DNA from: Candidatus Bipolaricaulota bacterium
Lineage (GTDB): Bacteria > Bipolaricaulota > Bipolaricaulia > UBA7950 > UBA9294
Reading direction: 5' to 3'
Assembly: GCA_041302485.1 (NCBI GenBank)
Contig: JBFYRA010000149.1
Location: forward strand, 1-41,839
Length of the DNA: 41,839 bases
The translations under genes and the position numbers were made by a program. Every line of letters starts with the position of its first letter. The first letter of the stretch is position 1. Below are positions 1 through 7,306 of the stretch, in pieces. The notes beneath the pieces were generated by a model, which did no database searches, was not told the origin of the DNA, and saw only the letters and a program-made list of their open reading frames with translations.

Positions 1-113
1 GCGGACAGGGGTCCGCTCTCGATGGGGCACGGGCGCGCCCGCGCTGTTGGCGCGTAGACTACGCTTTGGTGCTGATTCCGCCGATGACGGCGGCCAGAAA
101 GGGGTGAGAGGGA

Positions 114-821
114 GTGAACGATCTGGGCAAGTTCGCTGTGATCGGCGCGATCATGGGAGCGCTCCTCCTCGTCGGCCTGCTGATGATGCCGGCGAAGGTC
201 GAGGAGGAGGCGGTTCCCGTAGTTACGCCCGCGCCGGTCGTGACCGTGGTGGAGTCGAAGACGCTCGAGCTCCTCGATCCGGTCTACTCGGAGAAAGCGG
301 TGTTCCAGGACGCGACGATTCGCGTGGCGTTCGATGTGTCTCAGGATGGGCAGGGCATCGAGACGCGCATCCCATTCTGGCTGCACAACACGTCGCGCGA
401 GGTCATCAACGTCCTCTGGGAGCGCTGCTCGATCCAGCTGCCGGAGGGCAACACTGTCAGCGTGATGAGCGAAGAGGGACTGACGAACGGCACCGGTGCG
501 GCGATCTCGATTGCGCCGGCGGGCGACCTCTTCGACGCGATGATTCCGATGTCCGAGATGACCTGGACCGAGACGGGGTTCGAGTTCTCGTATGGCGTGC
601 TCGACAGGGGGATCTTCACGGTCGTCCTGGCGATCGAGCGCGCGAAGACGATGGAACACGTCTGCGTGAAGCAGGCGATGGTCGGCCCGGCGTGTGACGG
701 CATGGCTGCGAAGCCGGCGCCGGCATGCCCGATGCCCGAGCCGTGTCCGGTGCCGTGTCCCAAAGCGTGCGTCGACGGCCGTGAGGTCGTGTACTACACG
801 TTCCGGTTCGTCATTCGCTAG
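114..821 (+). CDS. Hypothetical membrane-anchored protein with a Cys/Pro-rich C-terminus
   Basis: GTG-start ORF. It has an N-terminal hydrophobic helix (FAVIGAIMGALLLVGLLMM). The C-terminal cluster is ACDGMAAKPAPACPMPEPCPVPCPKAC. A textbook intrinsic terminator follows. I recognise no family. Confidence 0.6.
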   Translation: MNDLGKFAVIGAIMGALLLVGLLMMPAKVEEEAVPVVTPAPVVTVVESKTLELLDPVYSEKAVFQDATIRVAFDVSQDGQGIETRIPFWLHNTSREVINVLWERCSIQLPEGNTVSVMSEEGLTNGTGAAISIAPAGDLFDAMIPMSEMTWTETGFEFSYGVLDRGIFTVVLAIERAKTMEHVCVKQAMVGPACDGMAAKPAPACPMPEPCPVPCPKACVDGREVVYYTFRFVIR

Positions 822-850
822 ACTCGCACGGCCAGAGAGATCAAGCGTGT

Positions 851-882
851 CGGGGCTCCTGCGGGGGCCCCGCTTTTCTTTC
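851..882 (+). terminator. Rho-independent terminator after the 114-821 ORF
   Basis: Stem cggggctcc (851-859) pairs with ggggccccg (864-872) around the loop tgcg. One pair is G-U. The T-rich tract cttttctttc follows at 873-882. Confidence 0.7.
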
Positions 883-990
883 GCTGCGACAGGAGGCGTG
901 GGGCCTTCTCGTGGATTTGCCGATTGCGCGGCACTTGCTGTAGGCTACACGATGTCACAAGGACCTTTAGGTGACAAGGAGGTGGCACGA

Positions 991-1164
991 ATGGTGCGCA
1001 AGAGCGAAGTGACGACGCTCTCCATCTACATCCCGAAGAGCAAGCTCGACCGCAAGCCCATCGAGCGACTCGATCGCTTGGCGAAGAAGCTCGACCGATC
1101 GATCAATTACCTTGTCGTTGAGGCGATCGTGCAGTACCTCGACAAGGAAGAGAAGCGCAAGTAG
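991..1164 (+). CDS. Ribbon-helix-helix (CopG/MetJ-type) DNA-binding protein, 57 aa
   Basis: ATG at 991 is preceded by AAGGAGG (976-982). The sequence LSIYIPKSKLDRKPIERLDRLAKKLDRSINYLVVEAIVQYL fits the beta-strand/helix/helix RHH pattern. No partner toxin gene is adjacent. Confidence 0.7.
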   Translation: MVRKSEVTTLSIYIPKSKLDRKPIERLDRLAKKLDRSINYLVVEAIVQYLDKEEKRK

Positions 1165-1196
1165 ATCTCCCGCTCCCGGGTGGAGGCGACGCGGGT

Positions 1197-2576
1197 CTAG
1201 AGGTCGTAGTAGAGCGCGAACTCGTGCGGGTGAGGGTGCAGCGCGACGGTCGCAGCCTCTTGTCGCTTGGCGGCGATCCAGGCCTGAAGCCCAGCCTCAC
1301 TGAAGGCTCCGGCGGCCGTGAGGTAGTCGTGATCCGCCTCGAGTGCGTCGAGCGCGTCATCGAGCGAGCGCGGCGCCTTCTCGCCTCGTCCGCCGTTCGG
1401 CTCCTTGTCGACCGGACCCAAGCCAAGTGCTCGCGCATCGAGTCCTCTCTCGATCCCATCGATGCCGGCGAGGAGGATCGCGGCGAACGCGAGATAGGGA
1501 TTGCAGGTCGCGTCCATCGTGCGCAGCTCCATCCGCATGTCATCTCCGCGCGCGTAGGCCGGGATCCGCACGGCGGCGGTCCGGTTCGCCGAGCCGAAGG
1601 TGAAGCTGACCGGAGCTTCGTATCCCGGTACGAGCCGCCGGTAGGAGTTCGTCGATGGGTTCGTGAGTCCCATCAAGCTGCGGCCGTGGACGAGCAGTCC
1701 GGCGATGTACGCATACGCGAGATCCGAGAGGCCGTCGCGGCCCCGGAACTGGTTCTTCCCGGCCTTCGTGAGGTACTGGTGCAGGTGCATGCCGCTTCCG
1801 GCCTGGCCGATCATCGGCTTGGGCAGGAATGTCGCGGTGAGTCCCATCTCGTCGGCAACGCTCCGCACGAGCGATTTCATCACGAGCGTCGCGTCGGCCA
1901 TGCGCACGAGCGGCGCAAAGCCGAGCTCGATCTCGTGCTGGCCGAACGGTCCGACCTCGTGATGGTGGTACTTTACGTCGACGCCGGCCACAGTGGCGCG
2001 CCGGACAACCTCGCAGCGCAGGCCGAACAGGACATCTTCGGGGAACGGGGCGTGGTATGCCGAAGGCGCGCCCTGGTACGGCTCGGCGCTCGCACGATGC
2101 GACGTCCCCTCGAGCGCTTCGATCTCGACGCACTGACTGCCGGGGCCGCTTGAGAAGCGGGCCGACTCGAACACGTAGAACTCGAACTCCGGACTGACAA
2201 GGATCTCGTCGGCAACGCCGCGATCGCGCAGAACGCGAACGGCGGCCTGCGCCACACCGCGCGGGTCGGCGCTCGAACGCTCGCGCGTCGCGGCGTCGCA
2301 GATGTCGGCGATGCAGACGAGGACCTGCACGCCGTCGCGATCTTCGACGAATGCGGTCGAGAGGTCGGGGACAAGCACCATGTCGCTGCCGGCAACCCCG
2401 CGGTAGCCGAAGTTGGAGGCGTCGAAGCCGATGCCTTCTCGCGTCAGCACCTCGGTGAACCGCTCGACCGGAATCGAGATGTGCCGCCACCTGCCGATGA
2501 GGTCGACAACCCGGAAGTCAACGAACTCGATCTCTTCGTCCTCGATGCGCCGCTCTAGATCCGCGAAAACCGCCAT
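1197..2576 (-). CDS. glnA: Glutamine synthetase family protein (type I-like)
   Basis: The N-terminal beta-grasp (EFVDFRVVDLIGRWRHISIP) and the catalytic motif KPMIGQAGSGMHLHQYL are both present. I prefer the ATG at 2576 because GAGG lies 5 nt upstream. The track ORF starts 6 nt further up, at GTG 2582. I cannot exclude a gamma-glutamyl-amine ligase paralogue. Confidence 0.88.
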   Translation of the reverse strand: MAVFADLERRIEDEEIEFVDFRVVDLIGRWRHISIPVERFTEVLTREGIGFDASNFGYRGVAGSDMVLVPDLSTAFVEDRDGVQVLVCIADICDAATRERSSADPRGVAQAAVRVLRDRGVADEILVSPEFEFYVFESARFSSGPGSQCVEIEALEGTSHRASAEPYQGAPSAYHAPFPEDVLFGLRCEVVRRATVAGVDVKYHHHEVGPFGQHEIELGFAPLVRMADATLVMKSLVRSVADEMGLTATFLPKPMIGQAGSGMHLHQYLTKAGKNQFRGRDGLSDLAYAYIAGLLVHGRSLMGLTNPSTNSYRRLVPGYEAPVSFTFGSANRTAAVRIPAYARGDDMRMELRTMDATCNPYLAFAAILLAGIDGIERGLDARALGLGPVDKEPNGGRGEKAPRSLDDALDALEADHDYLTAAGAFSEAGLQAWIAAKRQEAATVALHPHPHEFALYYDL

Positions 2577-2647
2577 GGACACCTCGCTGTCGCCGAACGA
2601 AAGGGGCGAGAGGGTATCGCCTCCCCCTCGCCCCTACAAGCTTCCGA

Positions 2648-3913
2648 CTATCGGTGCAGGTTCCGCGCGGCGGCAAACGACAGGCCGCGCTTCGTCAGCG
2701 CGACGGCGGTGTCGTTCACTGCGTCGTGCTTGTCGAGGTAGTTCCGTTCCATCGCCGGCATGAGGCCCTGCGCGATGACGTCGGTCTTGGGCATGAAGTA
2801 CTCGAGGATGTCGGAGGGGTGACTGCTCTTCGCCTCGACGTCCGGGCGCCCGCCTTCGTGCTTGGCCGAGATGTTCGCGACGTGGCCGGCGAGTTCCACG
2901 AGCTCGTCCGTGCGGTCGTACGGCTGGACGACGATCGACTTCCACGTCTCCGTGATGTGGTGCTCGAAGCGGACGTGGTCCTCGAGCCCGAGCGCCTTGC
3001 GCACTCCAGCGCCCTTCTCGATCGTCGCGTTCGAGACCGAGTTCGCCCAATTGAAGCCGATGAGCGACGTCGTCCCGTCCTCGCGCGAGAAGAGCTTGGC
3101 CCCGAGGAGCGTCCACATCGCGGCGTAGGGGTTGTCGTTGCCCATGAACACCGAGATCTTGAACTCGATGTCGATCCCGAGCTTGTGCAGGAAGTAGCCG
3201 AGGAGAACGGTCCCGGGATTGATGTTCAGAACCTGCTGGATCCCGTACTCGGTGTAGTAGCCGAGGAACTCGTCGACCCACTGGAGCGCGTGCTCGTTCG
3301 GCTGGCCGACGCCGCCGAAGTAGCCCGTGATCGTTGCCGGGCCTCCCAGGTGGATGTTCGAGCCGTCGGTGCCCTTGGTGTCGAGGGTCTCGACGTACGT
3401 GGCGCCGACGATCTGCATTGCAGCCGCGACGGCGAGCGTGTCGCCCTGGTCCAGCACCTGCTCGGCCATGTTGCGGACGCGGATGTATCGGCCGGGCATC
3501 AGCTCCTTCTTGGCAATCGCCTGTTTCGCTTCGGCGATGAGCCACGGGAAGTACTGCAGGGCGCTGATCTCGAGGGTCACCGGATGGCGTTCGTCGAAAC
3601 GCGTCGCCTCTGCGCGGTTCCCGAGGACGGCGCCGCGGAAGTCGGCGATCGTGACGAATGCGCCGCGATCTCGCTCGCGCGCGAGCCACTCGACGTCGGC
3701 CGCGTACGGCGAGCCGGTCGCCTTGAGGCGTTCGAGCAGCCGCGGAAGCTGGCGCGCCTCCGCCGCCTTGCGGTTGATCGTCTCGGGGCCTCCGTGCTTC
3801 CGTACGACATCGAGGAACGCGTTCACGACCTCGCACTTCGGGTCGAGGATCATCGCATTGACCTCTCCCACGTGCTCGGGGGAGATCGTGAGCCGCTGTC
3901 TCAGATCGTCCAT
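2648..3913 (-). CDS. Conserved-looking globular protein of unknown function (421 aa)
   Basis: This is a long ORF with normal amino-acid composition. The ATG at 3913 is preceded by GAGGAGGA. The track ORF start at 3967 would add 18 Arg-rich residues. I recognise no motif. Confidence 0.75.
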   Translation of the reverse strand: MDDLRQRLTISPEHVGEVNAMILDPKCEVVNAFLDVVRKHGGPETINRKAAEARQLPRLLERLKATGSPYAADVEWLARERDRGAFVTIADFRGAVLGNRAEATRFDERHPVTLEISALQYFPWLIAEAKQAIAKKELMPGRYIRVRNMAEQVLDQGDTLAVAAAMQIVGATYVETLDTKGTDGSNIHLGGPATITGYFGGVGQPNEHALQWVDEFLGYYTEYGIQQVLNINPGTVLLGYFLHKLGIDIEFKISVFMGNDNPYAAMWTLLGAKLFSREDGTTSLIGFNWANSVSNATIEKGAGVRKALGLEDHVRFEHHITETWKSIVVQPYDRTDELVELAGHVANISAKHEGGRPDVEAKSSHPSDILEYFMPKTDVIAQGLMPAMERNYLDKHDAVNDTAVALTKRGLSFAAARNLHR

Positions 3914-3945
3914 CCTGTCCTCCTCGTCTCTGCGCCTGCTCGCAA

Positions 3946-3979
3946 GGCCTTGCCTACTCGTAGGCATTGCCTACTCGTG
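3946..3979. repeat. Tandem duplication of a 17-nt unit spanning the panB stop codon
   Basis: Unit 1 is ggccttgcctactcgta (3946-3962) and unit 2 is ggcattgcctactcgtg (3963-3979), identical at 15 of 17 positions. The perfect 12-nt core ttgcctactcgt sits at 3950-3961 and 3967-3978. A third partial start, ggcctt, lies at 3980-3985. Confidence 0.8.
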
Positions 3980-4834
3980 GGCCTTCAAGAGCTCGGGAAG
4001 CCGTTCGGCTTCCCCTTTCAACATGTGGTAGCAGTGCTCGTCGGCCGGGAACGCGCCGGCGCGGACGTCGGCAGCGTAGGCCTTCATCGCGTCGGTGATC
4101 GTCGTGGCGACGTCGCAGTACTTCTTCACGAATTTCGGCGTGAACGCCTGGAACTGACCGATGAGGTCCGACACGATCAACAGTTGGCCGTCGCACTGCG
4201 GCCCTGCGCCGATGCTCAAGACCGGGATGCGCAGCTTCCGCGCGATGCATCCCGCGACTTCCGGCGGCACGGCCTCGAGGAGCAAGAGCTGCGCGCCGGT
4301 CTCTTCGATCGCGAGAGCGTCCTCAATCAGCAAGCGCGCCGACTCGATCGTTCGCCCCTGCGCCTTGTGCCCGCCGAGCTGGCCCGAGCTCTGCGGCGTG
4401 AGCCCGATGTGGCCGCAGACGACGATTCCAGCGTCGAGCAAGGCGCGAATGCGCGGCGTGATCCGCTTCCCGCCTTCGAGCTTCACGGCGTCGACACCCG
4501 CCTCCTTAAGGAAGCGGCCGGCGTTGCGGACTGCGTCTTCGTTGCTCACTTGGTAGCTGAGGAACGGCATGTCGCCAACGACGAACGTGCGCGGCGCGGC
4601 GCGGCGGACGGCCTCGGAGTGGACGATGCACTGGTCCATTGTGACGGGCACCGTGCCTTCGTAGCCGTAGACGCACATCCCGAGCGAGTCGCCGACCAGG
4701 AGCATGTCGAGGCCAGCTGCCTCGGCGAATTGCGCCGTGGGGAAGTCGTAGGACGTGAGCCAGACGATCTTCTTCCCGTCTCGTTTCATCTCCTGTAGCG
4801 TGTGAATCGAGTGCTTCTTCCTGTCCGCAGTCAT
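3971..4834 (-). CDS. panB: 3-methyl-2-oxobutanoate hydroxymethyltransferase
   Basis: Full-length PanB-like sequence (LTSYDFPTAQFAEAAGLDMLLVGDSLGM, VVGDMPF, VKLEGG, CGHIGLTPQS). GAGGAGGG lies upstream of the ATG. Confidence 0.95.
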   Translation of the reverse strand: MTADRKKHSIHTLQEMKRDGKKIVWLTSYDFPTAQFAEAAGLDMLLVGDSLGMCVYGYEGTVPVTMDQCIVHSEAVRRAAPRTFVVGDMPFLSYQVSNEDAVRNAGRFLKEAGVDAVKLEGGKRITPRIRALLDAGIVVCGHIGLTPQSSGQLGGHKAQGRTIESARLLIEDALAIEETGAQLLLLEAVPPEVAGCIARKLRIPVLSIGAGPQCDGQLLIVSDLIGQFQAFTPKFVKKYCDVATTITDAMKAYAADVRAGAFPADEHCYHMLKGEAERLPELLKAHE

Positions 4835-4882
4835 AGACCCTCCTCGCCGCAGCCGAGCGGCGGTACCGCCGATGTGTAGACG

Positions 4883-5443
4883 CTACACGTCCACGCCCAG
4901 GTCCCGCAAGAGGAGCGTCAGCCGGGCGACGGGAAGCCCCATCACGTTGGTGTAGTCGCCGCGGATGCGGTCGACGAAGGCCGCCGCGCGGCCCTGGATG
5001 GCGTAGGCGCCGGCCTTGCCCGCGTACTCCTCCGTGTCCAGGTATGCGGCAATCTCGCGCTCGGCGAGACAACGGAAGTGGACGCGCGTGCGCTCGACCG
5101 CCACGCGCTCGATGCGTCGAGTCCCGTCGATGAAGCACAGGCCGGTGAAGACGTCGTGACTCTTCCCGCTGAGATGGCGCAGCATCTCGGCGGCCTCGTC
5201 GCGCGAGCCGGGCTTGCCGAGGACGTGCGCTCGCTGCACGACGAGCGTGTCAGCGCCGACGATCAGCCCTGGCACGCGCGCGGCGACGTCGCGGGCCTTG
5301 CGCCGCGCCGCCTCGATGACGCGGCGCGCCGGCGCACCCGAGCGCGGCTCCTGTGCCGCGCTCGGCATCACGTCGAAGTCTGCAACGATGCGCCGCAGGA
5401 GTTCCACGCGCCGCGGCGAAGCGGATGCAAGAACGATCCTCAT
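4883..5443 (-). CDS. maf: Maf-like nucleoside triphosphate pyrophosphatase
   Basis: The N-terminus is the canonical MRIVLASASPRRVELL, and the sequence also has GADTLVV, GKAGAYAIQG and GDYTNVMGLP. The 535-aa track ORF that runs on upstream is antisense shadow. Confidence 0.9.
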   Translation of the reverse strand: MRIVLASASPRRVELLRRIVADFDVMPSAAQEPRSGAPARRVIEAARRKARDVAARVPGLIVGADTLVVQRAHVLGKPGSRDEAAEMLRHLSGKSHDVFTGLCFIDGTRRIERVAVERTRVHFRCLAEREIAAYLDTEEYAGKAGAYAIQGRAAAFVDRIRGDYTNVMGLPVARLTLLLRDLGVDV

Positions 5444-5613
5444 TGGCTCTCCAACTCGCGCAACGGGTACGAGACGCCGAACATGCAGTAGCGGACGGCG
5501 AACGACAGCGCCCGGTCGACGCTCCGCAGAAGCCGACTTGGTCCTGTCTTCAGGATACTCCGCGGGAATCGACGAGACAACGACCCAATGGCGGCAGGCA
5601 GGCACGGGGACAT
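5440..5613 (-). CDS. Tentative small ORF translationally coupled to maf (start unresolved)
   Basis: Its TGA stop (5442-5440) overlaps the maf ATG (5443-5441) as ATGA. All 28 consecutive third-codon positions from 5446 to 5527 are G or C. Only 13 of 28 are G or C at the second position. Candidate starts are ATG 5613, TTG 5580 and GTG 5730, and none has a good SD. No family recognised. Confidence 0.3.
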   Translation of the reverse strand: MSPCLPAAIGSLSRRFPRSILKTGPSRLLRSVDRALSFAVRYCMFGVSYPLRELESQ

Positions 5614-5842
5614 CTGCCGCTGCGACCCGAGTGATGCCGGGGATGGAGTAGTAGTCGGCAGCACGGGAGCGCAGGGCAGCGAAACGACGGGCCAGATCAG
5701 CTGGAGCGCCCTTGTGTTGCGCGCCGGCACAAGAGGGAACGGTGTGCTGCGTTACGGTCACGTGTCCGTGTCGCCGCAGCCGGTGGGTGTCGCGGCGATG
5801 GCCATCCGGTACGATCTGCCTCCAAGCGAGAACGGAGCCCGA

Positions 5843-7306
5843 ATGACCGAACGTCTGGACGACCAGCTCGCGCGGCATCACGCCGCAGTCGAGGAGACCA
5901 TCCACCGGCATGGACTGCCGGTTCACCTCTTCTTCGTCGAGGAGATGGAGCGGACGGCTGGCGAGTTCCGCGCCGTCGTGGATCGCATCTACCCCAACGC
6001 GCTCGTTCTCTTCGCCGCGAAGTCGAACCCGTGCCGCGGCGCCGTTCGTTCCGCGGCACAGCTCGGATTGGGAGTCGACACGGCGTCGGAACACGAACTC
6101 CGCGCGGCGCTCGAGGAGGGTGTTTCTCCCGACAGAATCGTCTGCAACGGCAACGCGAAGACCACACAGTACCTCGAAGCGATCGTTCAGTGCGGGGCGG
6201 TCTGCGCTGTGGACAACGAAGACGAACTCAGCGAGCTGTCGCGCACGGCGCTCAAGCGAGGCGTGCGCGTTCCTGTCGTCGTCCGCTTTCGCGGCATGCC
6301 GCTGGCGGGATTCACCGACGACGACCAGACGACGGCCGCGGACTGGACGAAGTTCGGCTTCCCGATCGATCGGGCCGACGAGGTCTTTGCGAACGTCTGC
6401 GCCGCGGACGGAGTGAGCTTCGAAGGCATCTCGGCCCACATCGGGACCCAGGTCGCGGACCCTGTCGCGTACGAGCGTCTGGCCGTGCACTTCGTCGCGC
6501 TGGCTCGTCGCGCGTGCACCCGCGGGCTTCGCTTGTCGCGGATCGACTTCGGCGGCGGATACCCGGTGGCGTTCGTACCCGAAGAGGACTGGTCAGGTTT
6601 TCAGTCGCGCCTCCTCGCCCGCCTGCGGCACTCTGTCGGCGGCGAGTCGGTGACGTGGACGGATCTCCCCATGGGATACGCGGGCGCCGCGAACAGCTCG
6701 AACCCCGTGTGGGTCGGCAAGGCGTACTGGTCGGCCCACCCCGGTGCACGCATGCTCGAGCACATGCTCGAGTTTGTGCACGGCGACGGGCGAACGACAG
6801 CCCAGCACCTGACCGACCTCGGGGCGCCAACCCTCATTGTCGAGCCGGGGCGTAGCCTCATGGCGCCGGCAGGGGTGACGCTCGCCGAAGTGCGCGGCAC
6901 GAAGCACGTGCTCGGGCACCGGGTTGTGTCGCTCGACCTCGGGATCGTCAACCACGGAACGAACCTGATCAGTCCCGACATCTTCCGCGCCGCCGTGCTG
7001 CCGCGCCGCGAGGACGATGTGCCCGTCGACGCGTTCCTTGCCGGGCGGCTCTGCTTCTCGGGCGACATGCTGAGCAAGGTGAAGACTCGGCTGAACCGTG
7101 CGCCGCGTGTCGGCGAGCGCGTGGCCATCTACGCCACGGGCGCGTACTCGGCCGACCACTTTGCCTCCAACTCCTGCGGTTTCCCGCTTCCGGCCAAGGT
7201 TGCCGTGCGGCGGGATGGGACCGTCGAGGTCTGGCGGCGGGCCCAGACGTTCGAGGACGTGTTCGGGCCTCTCGGAGCTCCGCCATCGTCGGAGACTGCG
7301 AGATGA
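5843..7306 (+). CDS. PLP-dependent decarboxylase, Orn/DAP/Arg decarboxylase family (fold type III)
   Basis: Motifs are FAAKSNP (PLP lysine), SAHIGTQ, FGGGYP, EPGRSL and CFSGD. A long insert lies between GGGYP and EPGRSL. ATG 5843 has GGAG upstream. The frame stays open up to 5492, so in-frame ATGs at 5798 and 5588 are alternative starts. Confidence 0.85.
   Translation: MTERLDDQLARHHAAVEETIHRHGLPVHLFFVEEMERTAGEFRAVVDRIYPNALVLFAAKSNPCRGAVRSAAQLGLGVDTASEHELRAALEEGVSPDRIVCNGNAKTTQYLEAIVQCGAVCAVDNEDELSELSRTALKRGVRVPVVVRFRGMPLAGFTDDDQTTAADWTKFGFPIDRADEVFANVCAADGVSFEGISAHIGTQVADPVAYERLAVHFVALARRACTRGLRLSRIDFGGGYPVAFVPEEDWSGFQSRLLARLRHSVGGESVTWTDLPMGYAGAANSSNPVWVGKAYWSAHPGARMLEHMLEFVHGDGRTTAQHLTDLGAPTLIVEPGRSLMAPAGVTLAEVRGTKHVLGHRVVSLDLGIVNHGTNLISPDIFRAAVLPRREDDVPVDAFLAGRLCFSGDMLSKVKTRLNRAPRVGERVAIYATGAYSADHFASNSCGFPLPAKVAVRRDGTVEVWRRAQTFEDVFGPLGAPPSSETAR

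Noticed and set aside
47-697. A 216-aa plus-strand ORF at the left edge, together with many other 60-300-aa Arg-rich ORFs throughout the track.
   Set aside because: They overlap better-supported genes in other frames, lack an SD, and have Arg/Gly/Pro-dominated low-complexity translations.
2654-4798. A 714-aa plus-strand ORF.
   Set aside because: It is antisense to the well-supported unknown gene and panB. Its composition is extreme in Arg, Asp, Val and Leu, and I recognise no motif.
5444-5842. A known structured RNA (riboswitch, RNase P RNA, tmRNA or SRP RNA) in the 399-nt gap.
   Set aside because: By eye I could not find the diagnostic conserved strings on either strand. These include the RNase P GAGGAAAGUCC, the TPP CUGAGA/ACCUGA, the cobalamin GCCACUG, and tmRNA ends. 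Part of the gap shows coding-type periodicity instead. An Infernal scan is still needed.
4883-6490. A 535-aa minus-strand ORF that extends maf far upstream.
   Set aside because: The canonical Maf N-terminus MRIVLASASPRR begins at 5443. The upstream part is antisense to the decarboxylase and has shadow-like composition.
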